A stretch of 64,000 bases of DNA from positions 124,001 through 188,000 of IMG/VR virus record IMGVR_UViG_3300044568_003163, one strand, 5' to 3'. The translations under genes were made by a program, and so were the position numbers. The notes under the pieces are model-generated. The model did no database searches, was not told where the DNA came from, and saw only the letters and a list, made by a program, of their open reading frames with translations. Positions 8,943 to 18,629 of the stretch are shown here, piece after piece (position 1 is the stretch's first letter; every line of letters begins with the position of its first letter).

Positions 8943-9218
8943 TTAAGCTGGCTGTTCAGAAAATGAATTTAGTTTTTTAACTAACTGGTCTTCTGTCATT
9001 ACACCAATTACTCTATCTACAACCTCATCGTTTATTTTGATAATTGTAGCAGGTATATTTCTAATTTGATGTTTAGCTGCTAAATCCGCATCTTCATCAA
9101 CGTTTATTGCTTCAAATTCCCAGCCTTCTACTAAAGCTTTTGCTCTTTCAAATATAGGTGCATACATTTTGCACGGTCCGCACCAATCTGCGGTAAATCT
9201 AATTACTTTTTTGCTCAT
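8943..9218 (-). CDS. trxA: thioredoxin
   Basis: WCGPC active site. Confidence 0.9.
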   Translation of the reverse strand: MSKKVIRFTADWCGPCKMYAPIFERAKALVEGWEFEAINVDEDADLAAKHQIRNIPATIIKINDEVVDRVIGVMTEDQLVKKLNSFSEQPA

Positions 9219-9219
9219 A

Positions 9220-9471
9220 TTATTGTGGTTGTGTTGAAGGAAATAGGTGGTAGCCTCTTTCCAATGTTATAGCTTCATGCCTTAATGCTGCGCTAATTTC
9301 TTCTCGGGTAACGTTTCTTTTGTCTTCAGTTATTCGGTTAGAAATTTCAGCTATTTGAAATGATTCCCATGCAGATATTTCCTCATTTGTCAACTTAGTC
9401 ATCCAAGTATATAAACCAGGTGACCAATTGATTTGTGGTTTATCTCTTAATTCTGATACATTTATTATCAT
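9220..9471 (-). CDS. hypothetical protein
   Basis: ORF packing. Confidence 0.65.
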   Translation of the reverse strand: MIINVSELRDKPQINWSPGLYTWMTKLTNEEISAWESFQIAEISNRITEDKRNVTREEISAALRHEAITLERGYHLFPSTQPQ

Positions 9472-10076
9472 TAGTTATATGTTGTTGTTCCTGTTGTTGT
9501 AGTTGTAGTTCCGTAAGTAATTTTCAATTGTCTAGGACATGCAGTCGACCAACAAGGTTTAGAACCATCATTACCGCAGTGACAGGATGGATATGTATTG
9601 TGATTAGGATATATTGGTAGATATGGTTCACCAATAAAAGGATTTTGTGCAGGCTTATTCTTTGCCTCTTCGATGATTTCTTTCAAACCTTTAAGAATTC
9701 CTTCAAATTCTTTTACTGGCTCTTCTGGCTTAGCTGAATCTACAACAGAAAAGTAATGTTCTTTGATGAAGTCAATTATTACTTGAGGACTTAGGCCTTT
9801 AGCTAAATGAACTTCGCAAATGTTGATAACTTCTCGTTTAGCGATTTCTCGTAAGAATTCGTCGTAAGTTAGTTCTTTAAAGAATTGTGGAGAATTTGTA
9901 ACAATCTCAGCCGAAAGATAATATTGTGGATCGTCACCAATACCGCAAGTTTTATATTCCATACCTGGATTTTCAGATAATACCTTCTCTTCAACGATTA
10001 AAGTTCCAGAAGGAATATTTGTTAGTTTAGTAGTTGTACCACCATGATGAGTGTAATCTCTAATTGTAATATACAT
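9471..10076 (-). CDS. hypothetical protein
   Basis: ORF packing; Thr-rich tail. Confidence 0.7.
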   Translation of the reverse strand: MYITIRDYTHHGGTTTKLTNIPSGTLIVEEKVLSENPGMEYKTCGIGDDPQYYLSAEIVTNSPQFFKELTYDEFLREIAKREVINICEVHLAKGLSPQVIIDFIKEHYFSVVDSAKPEEPVKEFEGILKGLKEIIEEAKNKPAQNPFIGEPYLPIYPNHNTYPSCHCGNDGSKPCWSTACPRQLKITYGTTTTTTGTTTYN

Positions 10077-10083
10077 TGTTTGT

Positions 10084-10401
10084 TTATTTTTCGTTTTCGA
10101 ATTCCTTTTTAAGTCTTAGATAGCTTTCATATCTACGAGTTTTCATATCTTCTTCGCTTCTCTTATTTCTTGCAATTCTTTTCTCAAATTCTTCATCAGT
10201 TTCTTCAACCATACGAGTAATTTGATTATGCCAATATCCATGATAGTCAAAGTTTTCATCGTCAACCCAACCAGAATGAATGACGTCATCGTCTTCTAAT
10301 TGTAAATTTTTGATATGAGACCATTTCATTGGACTGTTGTTATAGCCATGAAATATCTGCTTTTCCTTTTTGATTTTCTTTGGTGATTTTGTATCTTCCA
10401 T
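10084..10401 (-). CDS. hypothetical protein
   Basis: ETDEEFEKR...YLRLKKEFE. Confidence 0.7.
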   Translation of the reverse strand: MEDTKSPKKIKKEKQIFHGYNNSPMKWSHIKNLQLEDDDVIHSGWVDDENFDYHGYWHNQITRMVEETDEEFEKRIARNKRSEEDMKTRRYESYLRLKKEFENEK

Positions 10402-10404
10402 TTT

Positions 10405-10713
10405 TTAGTAATTTTCTCTGCTACCTGCATTATAAGGCTGAGAACCAGATACTGAAGAATCAACTTTTGCTTGCGTAACAAAATCTTCAGTCATTATGGT
10501 TTTCAATTTGATTAAATCTTCTAATTGTTCTTTAGCTACAATTTCTCTTGCATATGCAGTTGCTAATTGAAAAGCTTCTGGTGAAATTGTCCATTTCTTA
10601 ATACCTTCTAATTCGATTATTTCGACTTGCAACGAAGAAATCATATCGTGAGTTCGTTCGATTGCATTATCTACTAATTCAAGAGCAGCATGAGGTATTG
10701 TAATGGTTATCAT
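10405..10713 (-). CDS. hypothetical protein
   Basis: ORF packing. Confidence 0.7.
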   Translation of the reverse strand: MITITIPHAALELVDNAIERTHDMISSLQVEIIELEGIKKWTISPEAFQLATAYAREIVAKEQLEDLIKLKTIMTEDFVTQAKVDSSVSGSQPYNAGSRENY

Positions 10714-11240
10714 TAAGCTTTTGATTTAGATTTAGATTTTGCATCATTAATTGCAGATTCTGACATTCTTTCATACGTTCGGCTAACCAGAACGAATATT
10801 CTTTTATATGCAGATTTGATTGGTCTGTTTACTAAATTCCAAGTTAAAGAAAATGGCCAATACGACATCCAATTGATGATTTTACTCTTGTTTCTAGACA
10901 AGTTAAAATCACTCTCATAAACTGTACTACCTTCAGATTGTTTGGTAACTAAATCAACTAGGTAGAATTTCCATTTTATTAAAGACCATACAATACCTGC
11001 AATAAAGTACAAGAGAATGACTCCTATTGATTCGAGAGGATGATTACTAATCCACGTAGCAATGTCGGTTAACTCGGTTCGGCAACCGAAAAAGAAAAGA
11101 AGTGCTAAAAATACTACTGTGGTAATTGAAGATGCGATTGAGGTTAATTCCTTATCTTCTAAAATACCCATCATAATACCTATATATGCGAATGTAAGTA
11201 CGTAAAACCAAATGGTTCCTATTGCTAAAAATGTTATCAT
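10713..11240 (-). CDS. multi-pass membrane protein
   Basis: 3-4 TM segments. Confidence 0.75.
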   Translation of the reverse strand: MITFLAIGTIWFYVLTFAYIGIMMGILEDKELTSIASSITTVVFLALLFFFGCRTELTDIATWISNHPLESIGVILLYFIAGIVWSLIKWKFYLVDLVTKQSEGSTVYESDFNLSRNKSKIINWMSYWPFSLTWNLVNRPIKSAYKRIFVLVSRTYERMSESAINDAKSKSKSKA

Positions 11241-11241
11241 A

Positions 11242-11487
11242 TTAAATTAAAATCATGTAAGGTGAAACTTCTGGTTTTGTTTCTAAAGAAACTGTTGGTT
11301 CGTTTTGATAAATTTTATCAGAATTGTCTTGTGCAATTAGCTGATTGTATTTTTCATTGTGCCAATCAATTACTACACCGTCGAACATAGATTGATGCAT
11401 AATTTTTTCTATTTCTGCAACTGCATCTATGCCATAAGTCTTAGCATAATGGTAATAATCTCCTAATGTTTTGTTTTCTTCTCTCAT
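11242..11487 (-). CDS. hypothetical protein ending YMILI
   Basis: ATG at 11487 coupled to upstream stop. Confidence 0.65.
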   Translation of the reverse strand: MREENKTLGDYYHYAKTYGIDAVAEIEKIMHQSMFDGVVIDWHNEKYNQLIAQDNSDKIYQNEPTVSLETKPEVSPYMILI

Positions 11488-11948
11488 TATATTAAAGGTC
11501 TTCCGGTTATTACTTCCCAAGTATCTGCAATTTCCGATAGAATATTTGCAAGAATCTCGTGGTTTTTAAATGATTTCGATATTAGCAAGGCAGAACGTAA
11601 TTCGTTGATGTCCTTACTGTATTCGTGTAAGTGTGTTAAATATTCTAATGCCGAATCATAATCTTTAGCATCATAAAAGGCAGCTAAATGATGATGTATT
11701 CGATGGCATTTAATAGTAGGGCTTACTTTATGCACCAATTGAAATCTAGGCATCAAAACACCTTTTCTATCTTCTACGGTATCATTCCACATTAGTAAAG
11801 GTCGAATATGTGGTACAGTATAACCCATTGATTGATAAACTACCAACCATTCTTCGTTTTCGGTGTGTTGTGCAACCGAAAGAATTTCATAAACACCACC
11901 TTTATAGTGACGCCATAATTCTCCAGTATTCGGTATCGTCATGTCCAT
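11487..11948 (-). CDS. DUF1653-domain protein
   Basis: WRHYKGGVYEILSVAQHTE...VVYQ...RPL. Confidence 0.8.
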   Translation of the reverse strand: MDMTIPNTGELWRHYKGGVYEILSVAQHTENEEWLVVYQSMGYTVPHIRPLLMWNDTVEDRKGVLMPRFQLVHKVSPTIKCHRIHHHLAAFYDAKDYDSALEYLTHLHEYSKDINELRSALLISKSFKNHEILANILSEIADTWEVITGRPLI

Positions 11949-12229
11949 TATTTGATAGGATGTTTTGCTAAGTCAGTATTTAAAGAATCTACCATTTTGA
12001 TTGCAGCTTCCCATGTAACATCTTTAGATAATTTAATAGTTTCATCTGTGCAATTTTCGATGTCTACATTGATTTCTGGAATTCCATCTGAATATTTACC
12101 ACTTAAATCATATCGAATAACATGTTTAGGTGCCAGAATATGATGAACTAACACTCCTAATAGGGTTGCAAGTACTCCCATTAAGAAGTACATCCAAGCT
12201 TTTTCCATTGATGATAAATTTGAACTCAT
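11948..12229 (-). CDS. membrane-anchored hypothetical protein
   Basis: N-terminal TM. Confidence 0.65.
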   Translation of the reverse strand: MSSNLSSMEKAWMYFLMGVLATLLGVLVHHILAPKHVIRYDLSGKYSDGIPEINVDIENCTDETIKLSKDVTWEAAIKMVDSLNTDLAKHPIK

Positions 12230-12268
12230 AGTTTGTTTATTAGTATTTTTGCCATTATCTATTTTATG

Positions 12269-12469
12269 CTAGTTTAGCGTTAAAGTTTTAATTTCTTCGT
12301 TAATTTCTGTCGTTTTATTACAGAAGATAGCAAATTCCATTTGATTGAGTTCTTCGCCCTTAATAGTCTTTTGAGCTAATAATGTAATAATTTTAGCAGG
12401 CACATTGCCAGTATCTACATAGGTTTTGTAGATTTTTTCTGTGACTTTAGGTTGAAAAAATGAAAACAT
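12269..12469 (-). CDS. hypothetical protein
   Basis: ORF packing. Confidence 0.6.
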   Translation of the reverse strand: MFSFFQPKVTEKIYKTYVDTGNVPAKIITLLAQKTIKGEELNQMEFAIFCNKTTEINEEIKTLTLN

Positions 12470-12501
12470 ACTTTATTTCTTTTTAAATTTATTAAACCAT
12501 T

Positions 12502-12876
12502 TTAAATGTACTTATGATATAAATTTGCTATTTTTTGATTAATGCCATAATCAAGTAAAATATAATTCTTACCTTCCATTCCCCAGTTTTCAGTGTTATG
12601 TAAATCACAGTCACTAAAATCAAACTCATGAACTTTTGATTTAATACGTCTTACAACTATATTAGGAATTGTTAATAATTCTGTATCATATCTTTTTTGA
12701 CATACAACACCTAAATACATCCATTTTAATTCTGCTAATGATGTAATATCTTTATACTTATCCCAAATAACTTTCTCATTGAGTCCTTGTAAATAACCTC
12801 TTCTGCTTATAGGTATTTTGATAACTACATTCTTGAGTATTATTACAACCCTTGTTGAATACTTAAATGAAAACAT
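12502..12876 (-). CDS. minimal protein-kinase-like protein
   Basis: VIKIP...NE...DLHNTENWG...LLDYG. Confidence 0.55.
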   Translation of the reverse strand: MFSFKYSTRVVIILKNVVIKIPISRRGYLQGLNEKVIWDKYKDITSLAELKWMYLGVVCQKRYDTELLTIPNIVVRRIKSKVHEFDFSDCDLHNTENWGMEGKNYILLDYGINQKIANLYHKYI

Positions 12877-12879
12877 ATT

Positions 12880-13170
12880 TTATTTCTTTTTAAATTGTTC
12901 AAACCATTTTACAACATCTTCTTTTTCGACTCCAATACCAACCTCATCTTTATCAATAAAACTAAATAAATACTCATTATACTCATTTAATAGGTGTAAT
13001 TGTTCTTCCTCACTATACAATTTCTTATCTTGTGCTAATTTATAACCTTCAACGAAAGCTTCTCGCAAGTTTTCTATTTCACAATTTCTATCAAATACTC
13101 CATATCCTACTTCAAGAGGGTATTTTATTTCAGCAAACTCTTCGATTGTTAATTTTTTATTTTCGCTCAT
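12880..13170 (-). CDS. hypothetical protein
   Basis: AFVEGYKLAQ motif. Confidence 0.7.
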   Translation of the reverse strand: MSENKKLTIEEFAEIKYPLEVGYGVFDRNCEIENLREAFVEGYKLAQDKKLYSEEEQLHLLNEYNEYLFSFIDKDEVGIGVEKEDVVKWFEQFKKK

Positions 13171-13172
13171 AA

Positions 13173-13556
13173 TTAGATTAATTCAAATTTAGTTAATTTG
13201 TCTCTACTCTCTTCTTTGTTAATTCCTATTAAATAGTTCTTAACATTCTTAACAATTAGTTTACTATAGAAAGTACCTATGTAAGCTAAAGTTACTTTTT
13301 TCTTTTCGGATGGTCTTTGTGTTAGGTCGATTTTAGCATTTTTAACATCACTAATTGCAGTTAGAATTTGGTTTTTGTAACCGGAATAACCATCGACTAA
13401 ATTGATAACTCGGTTTGTTAAAATACCATTAACTACAATTCTAATTTGATGAGGCTTTTTACCCTTTAGGTATGAAATTACATATTCGTCATAACCAATA
13501 TGGGTGAAACCTTCATCAGTCTTTACATATTTGGCAACTTTAAAATTATTTTGCAT
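13173..13556 (-). CDS. hypothetical protein
   Basis: first ORF after a class I promoter. Confidence 0.7.
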   Translation of the reverse strand: MQNNFKVAKYVKTDEGFTHIGYDEYVISYLKGKKPHQIRIVVNGILTNRVINLVDGYSGYKNQILTAISDVKNAKIDLTQRPSEKKKVTLAYIGTFYSKLIVKNVKNYLIGINKEESRDKLTKFELI

Positions 13557-13560
13557 ATCG

Positions 13561-13637
13561 TATTAGTTTAAATTGATATACAAATATAAGCAAAAAACTC
13601 GACATTAAAAAATATCGAGTCTTAAAGTTATTAACAA
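13561..13637 (-). promoter_or_regulatory. class I promoter/terminator repeat, copy 2
   Basis: near-identical to 3646 and 31771. Confidence 0.8.
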
Positions 13638-14342
13638 TTATAAGAATAAATCAGGAAATCTAGCCTTTTCTAGTCGTCTGACCATTATGGCATTATATAA
13701 ATCTAAGTTCCATTTGGCATCAGCTAAAGCATTATGTTCTTCTACTGGAGTAGGACAATTTTCTTGCATCCAATCCGGACCTAATTCACCTTCTTCATCA
13801 AAAATTTGTTTTAAATCTCTACAATAAAATGGAAATCCTTTAGGCATATCAATCATTCTGCCAAACAACCAACAAAGAACAACCCAATCATAATCTGCAT
13901 AGTAGCCATAAAACTCAACTGGAAATAAATGCTTAACATCTTCCCAATTGGCAATAGCTTCCGGATCGTTGATTTGACTGTGCAGATAAACAAAATTCTT
14001 TACTCTTTCAGCAATAACTGGTTTAGTAGATCCTTGATTACGTAACAAATAAGCTAAATTCTTAATGTTATAATCACTAACGTCTAATTCAGTAAATGGA
14101 AATTCTTTCTCTAAGTTGAGTAAGTCTTGGAATAACTTGGTCAATACATTTGCATTTAACCACTCGTTATTCCAAGCTGCCTCTATGTCAAATTCATTGC
14201 AGATTTCATATAAAGTCTCACCGGTTTCTGTTACAATGCCTATCGAGATGAGGTCGATTGTATCTATTGCGGCAGTTTGAATTCCTAAAATTCTTTTGCA
14301 TTTCTTGAATTCGTGGAATTCAGTGTCTAGAAAAAACTTCAT
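13638..14342 (-). CDS. DEDD 3'-5' exoribonuclease (Rv2179c-like)
   Basis: FLDTEF, YADYDWV, HNALADA. Confidence 0.85.
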   Translation of the reverse strand: MKFFLDTEFHEFKKCKRILGIQTAAIDTIDLISIGIVTETGETLYEICNEFDIEAAWNNEWLNANVLTKLFQDLLNLEKEFPFTELDVSDYNIKNLAYLLRNQGSTKPVIAERVKNFVYLHSQINDPEAIANWEDVKHLFPVEFYGYYADYDWVVLCWLFGRMIDMPKGFPFYCRDLKQIFDEEGELGPDWMQENCPTPVEEHNALADAKWNLDLYNAIMVRRLEKARFPDLFL

Positions 14343-14343
14343 A

Positions 14344-14607
14344 TTAGCAACGCATTAATTCGCCACCCTTACCTGATTGAGGCTCTTTGCCTGGAAATCC
14401 GTTGTAAACTGGAAATCCATTAGCAGCACCGAGTTCGGCTAATGTAGGATTTTGACTACCGTCGTTAATAGAAGGTTCTTCCGCAACATGTTCAAAAATA
14501 CGGTTGAGCTTATTCTTAATCATGTTGGTTTGGTGAATATTCAATTGCTCGCCAGAGGCATCTAAAAATCCATCTAACCAAATAACAAATGTTTGTATTT
14601 TGTCCAT
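14344..14607 (-). CDS. hypothetical protein, paralog of 18147..18392
   Basis: FxxWLxGF...IKNxL...F, C-terminal Cys. Confidence 0.7.
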   Translation of the reverse strand: MDKIQTFVIWLDGFLDASGEQLNIHQTNMIKNKLNRIFEHVAEEPSINDGSQNPTLAELGAANGFPVYNGFPGKEPQSGKGGELMRC

Positions 14608-14621
14608 TCTTTAAATTTTAG

Positions 14622-14826
14622 TGGTCGACTAAGGACTCGAACCTTCTTCGCTTTATCAGTGCGGTGCTTCCATACAGCTGCCTTCCATTTGTAGTTTTTG
14701 TAATACCCTCAGAACTACTAACTGCGCTAACCTACGATTTAGAGGTAAAAGTGTGCATAACTCTAATGAGTAGAGGCATTAACCTGTCTTCGATACTTAC
14801 CAGTGCACTGACAGAGGTCTTCTTCA
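14622..14826 (-). ncRNA. candidate structured RNA with 3' tRNA-Ile(GAU)-like module (14622-14687)
   Basis: T-arm AAGG-TTCGAGT-CCTT, loop CTGATAA, D-like GCT/AGC; acceptor stem does not pair locally; GC-richer intergenic gap behind its own promoter. Confidence 0.5.
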
Positions 14827-14831
14827 ATTTA

Positions 14832-14860
14832 TTATATGCTGAATTTACTCATTCAGATTC
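14832..14860 (-). promoter_or_regulatory. class II promoter variant GAATCT-N16-CATATAA
   Basis: variant of the repeated motif. Confidence 0.55.
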
Positions 14861-14862
14861 AA

Positions 14863-17800
14863 TTAATTAGAAATTTTAAAAGTGGACATCGCTTCTCCTT
14901 TTTCAACCCTTAACAAATAAATTCCTTTACTTATATTAGTCATGTCCAGTAAATTACCTGATAATTTGACATCTATTTGTTTTCCGGCCATATCATAAAC
15001 TTTAACTTGGCCATCTTCTAAATTTATGATTTCAAATATCGAAGGCTTTGGATTTATTACCACCATTCCGTATTCATATTCACCAACACCTAGCAGATTA
15101 GTATAAACTAACTCAAATCGATTGTTAAATTCACCTTCTTCAGTAGTAAAGGTATATGGTAATGTATGAGTTACTCCATAGTCTTTAATGTAGACGTTAT
15201 CAATTCCGTCAATAGAATCTAACGTAATTGTGTATGTTTCTGGAATTGCACTAAAATAACCTACTTTCACTACATCGGATATATCAAAATTTCCTCTTGC
15301 TTGAATTTTGTATTTAATATCGTTTTCAATAGTATAAAACTTAAGTGCAGATCTACCACCAGGTTGTTTTAAATCCCAACCATCTTCAAAATCTAAAGTA
15401 GTAGTATCATTATAATTTATTAATTGTTGTGAGTACAAACCTAATTCAGTACTCATACTAATTCTATATTTTGTTTGGTTGTTATTTTGTAATCTAAAGA
15501 AATTAATAGGAGTATCGTTCAAATATCCAGGTGCCATAAAACTCGGTCTAAATACTAAATTTGCTGCATTTTTTGCTTGAATCATAAATCCTTGACAAGA
15601 TGCAATATATCCACTTGGAGTTTTACCACCAAAAGATGCATTTATACCACCTGATAAATTATAATGAGCATAATCGTTAGTAGAAAAATTCAATAACATT
15701 AAACCTGGATATGCTGAACTTAAAGTTCCAGCGTGAGACCAAAAACTTAAAGTGCCAAGTATGTTGTCGATATTAGCATTGATAAAATCGTCAGCAAAAA
15801 TACTAGATGAGTAAGGATTTCCAACTAAATTAAAGTCGTCAACATTCGATGTAGCATTTGCACTTAATACCATTGGATAGCTAATAATTCCAGCATTTAA
15901 TCCACCAGTAAAAGAAACAGTTTCGGTTCTTGGAAATATACCATCTGGTTGAACCATTGATGCATATCCTTTACCTGGTATAAAATTATCAGTTTGATTA
16001 ACCGACAACCAAGCATCACCATCATCATCTTGACCATCAGGACCTGGAGTAATTACTCCATTTAATTGAGTTTGTATGTCGTAAAAATTTTGAGTTTCGA
16101 AAGTAAAAGTACGATAATACCACCAATTAGTAGGTAATAATGCTGAGTCAATAACTGCATTTGTTGGTGAAGACCAATATGTGTAATCATAAATTTTTAA
16201 TGAAGGTGTTGTTCGTTGAACTGTAACATTGCCAGTTGCAGTCGAAGTGTCACTAACTGGAATCAATTTACCGCCAGATCTTACTAATAGAGTTCCAGAA
16301 GGATTGACTACAATATCATTAAGAACTTCTACGTAAGCATTATTATTTATAGTCAATGTTGAATTTACTATCAAATTACAAGTAGAAAAACTTGATGCAG
16401 CAGTTGCAGTATAAGGACCGTCAATTTGTGCAATGACGGTTAAATTAGGTGATCCGTTTGACCACATTGAACCATTCCATACTGTGGTTATTGTACATGT
16501 TGAATTTAGAACATTAACGACTTGATTTAAGTTGTTATATCCGGTAGTAGAATTAAATGCTACATCGGAATTAGCTAAACGAATTGAATATTCAGGTCGG
16601 TTTTCTAAATTTTGGTCAGCTAAGTGTAAATGAGCGGTGTATTGTCCATCTGGTAAATCGTTGACTAATGATTCGGATATTGTATGAGTAGCTTTTAGTA
16701 ATCTTACATCAAGATTTAATAGCTTTTTGTATTCTGTACCATCAGTACTTACAAATACAAGATATGCATTTTTCGGTGATACTACATTTGCATATCCAAT
16801 ATTAGATATGTTCATTGTAAAATCAATAGTAGAACCAACGGTTAGCGTAGTAGAATTTAATTGTAATCGATAACCTAAATTTCTAACAATTTCATCATAG
16901 TGACCAGTAGCAATCCATCCACCCCATACATCTGGATGATAATCTCTATTTAATGTTGAGAAATTTAGCTGATTTAATTCAATAACTGCATTTTCTCCGG
17001 TTGTTCTAAATCCTCCGTTACAAGGATTATATCCGTTACTCTCTCCGTTCATAGGAAGATATTGAGCAGCATTTGCAATAAAATTATAATCAGAAGTTCC
17101 AACCGGAGTAGTACAATTACTAATATTGTAAGTTCCCATATCTCCATATTCATTTAAGAATGCATCGTTATAGAAACCTATACGAGCTGATGGAGTATTT
17201 TGGTATGCAGTTGCATCGGTTAATAATGTACTACCATACATTCGTCTTTTTGCTTCTGCGTATCTAACTTGAATTGGAATTTGTGAATTAAAATTAGACA
17301 ACATTGCATCTACGATTTCCTTTCTATTAAGCCATTGAGTAGAAGTTATGTTGTCTTCGTCGCCTAATTCAGGACTACCTTCAGTATAATACCATTCTCC
17401 ATATACGCCAATAAATCCACCTTGTAAAGAAACAATAATGTCTTTATTAGCATTAACAATAGGAGCTAATTGCTGTATATGATTTAGTATAGTTTGTTTA
17501 TTTGGCTGAACGTTAGCCACGTATTGGTCAGTGTAAGCTGGTCGTAATATAACTTTTAGTCCAGCATTTCTGATTCGATTAAAATCAGTTTGTAGGTTAG
17601 TTAAATATGCATTGCTAATAGTGGAGTTGTTATTAACAAACTCGCTCAGCATTACATATCGATAGATAACTGTTATTTTATCAGTATTTCGCCAATTTGT
17701 TAATGTAGTTTGGTTTACGAAGCTGTAATTACCGGAATTATTTATGTTTTTTGAGTATTTTTGTAATCCTCTTTCTGGATTAGCGATGTTTTCGGTTGAT

Positions 17801-17883
17801 GATGCGTAAGTAACATTTTGTGATACTATATTAACAGAAAACAAAAATAATAATAACACTAATCTAATAAGTTTAGTCGTCAT
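14863..17883 (-). CDS. secreted DUF4874/DUF4832 glycoside-hydrolase-like protein with T9SS-type C-terminal domain
   Basis: signal peptide; NPERG, GFIGVYGEW, GFYNDAFL, LGYRL; YTYWSSP/NLVGNPY region; C-terminal KGIYLLRV...K. Confidence 0.75.
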   Translation of the reverse strand: MTTKLIRLVLLLFLFSVNIVSQNVTYASSTENIANPERGLQKYSKNINNSGNYSFVNQTTLTNWRNTDKITVIYRYVMLSEFVNNNSTISNAYLTNLQTDFNRIRNAGLKVILRPAYTDQYVANVQPNKQTILNHIQQLAPIVNANKDIIVSLQGGFIGVYGEWYYTEGSPELGDEDNITSTQWLNRKEIVDAMLSNFNSQIPIQVRYAEAKRRMYGSTLLTDATAYQNTPSARIGFYNDAFLNEYGDMGTYNISNCTTPVGTSDYNFIANAAQYLPMNGESNGYNPCNGGFRTTGENAVIELNQLNFSTLNRDYHPDVWGGWIATGHYDEIVRNLGYRLQLNSTTLTVGSTIDFTMNISNIGYANVVSPKNAYLVFVSTDGTEYKKLLNLDVRLLKATHTISESLVNDLPDGQYTAHLHLADQNLENRPEYSIRLANSDVAFNSTTGYNNLNQVVNVLNSTCTITTVWNGSMWSNGSPNLTVIAQIDGPYTATAASSFSTCNLIVNSTLTINNNAYVEVLNDIVVNPSGTLLVRSGGKLIPVSDTSTATGNVTVQRTTPSLKIYDYTYWSSPTNAVIDSALLPTNWWYYRTFTFETQNFYDIQTQLNGVITPGPDGQDDDGDAWLSVNQTDNFIPGKGYASMVQPDGIFPRTETVSFTGGLNAGIISYPMVLSANATSNVDDFNLVGNPYSSSIFADDFINANIDNILGTLSFWSHAGTLSSAYPGLMLLNFSTNDYAHYNLSGGINASFGGKTPSGYIASCQGFMIQAKNAANLVFRPSFMAPGYLNDTPINFFRLQNNNQTKYRISMSTELGLYSQQLINYNDTTTLDFEDGWDLKQPGGRSALKFYTIENDIKYKIQARGNFDISDVVKVGYFSAIPETYTITLDSIDGIDNVYIKDYGVTHTLPYTFTTEEGEFNNRFELVYTNLLGVGEYEYGMVVINPKPSIFEIINLEDGQVKVYDMAGKQIDVKLSGNLLDMTNISKGIYLLRVEKGEAMSTFKISN

Positions 17884-17938
17884 AATATGAGTTTATTATA
17901 TTTATTTAGGAAATTCAATTTCCCTCATAATAATAACA

Positions 17939-18160
17939 TTATGTTACATTCTTAACATTTTCTTTCTTATGGTCTTTCCAATCTAACCAAAAGCCTATTG
18001 CTACAATAATATTCATTCCTAAAGAGGCTGCAATTTCGTAAATGTCTTTATACATGTTCATTGATAGGTGAATATGGCCTATCATCCAAAATGGAATCGC
18101 TAGGTTATTCGATATCCATCGTACTAAATAATTTACGAAACTCATTTTAGCATTTAACAA
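17939..18160 (-). CDS. small membrane protein
   Basis: two hydrophobic segments. Confidence 0.65.
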   Translation of the reverse strand: MLNAKMSFVNYLVRWISNNLAIPFWMIGHIHLSMNMYKDIYEIAASLGMNIIVAIGFWLDWKDHKKENVKNVT

Positions 18161-18392
18161 CTAATTCACCTGGTTTTCTTTTAGGTGGTGATATTATTGG
18201 ATGATTGCCATCGTGAATGGCTTGCATAGTTTCGCTAGTTTTTTGATCGACTCCATACGATTTATCGATGTCATAATAGAAAACTAATTTGAGGTGATTT
18301 TTGATAATCTCTACTTGTCTATGTGTAATTTCGTTGGTTTCTGATAGTTCAAAAAAACCTTGCAACCAATATGCAAATTCCGTACTTCTCAT
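18147..18392 (-). CDS. conserved phage protein, paralog of 14344..14607
   Basis: FAYWLQGFFE...IKNHLKLVF. Confidence 0.75.
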   Translation of the reverse strand: MRSTEFAYWLQGFFELSETNEITHRQVEIIKNHLKLVFYYDIDKSYGVDQKTSETMQAIHDGNHPIISPPKRKPGELVVKC

Positions 18393-18393
18393 A

Positions 18394-18624
18394 TTAGTAT
18401 TTTTTTATTGTGATTATATATTTTCCTTTACCTGTGATTTCTCTTTCGTGACTATCAACTTCTCCGTCTTCTATTAATATTATGATTTTGCCTTCTTCGG
18501 TAGGTAACATATCCATTCTGCTGTATTTCTCAGCTATTTCTTTCCCTAATTGAATCATCATTTCAGGAAATTCAACTTCTACTTCTGAAAAATCAGATTC
18601 TCGGGTAATTGTTAATGTTTGCAT
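18394..18624 (-). CDS. hypothetical protein
   Basis: ORF packing. Confidence 0.65.
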   Translation of the reverse strand: MQTLTITRESDFSEVEVEFPEMMIQLGKEIAEKYSRMDMLPTEEGKIIILIEDGEVDSHEREITGKGKYIITIKKY

Positions 18625-18629
18625 ATTTT

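Noticed and set aside
14622-14687. Functional canonical tRNA-Ile
   Set aside because: Acceptor stem is unpaired, anticodon and T stems have mismatches, and the length is only 66 nt
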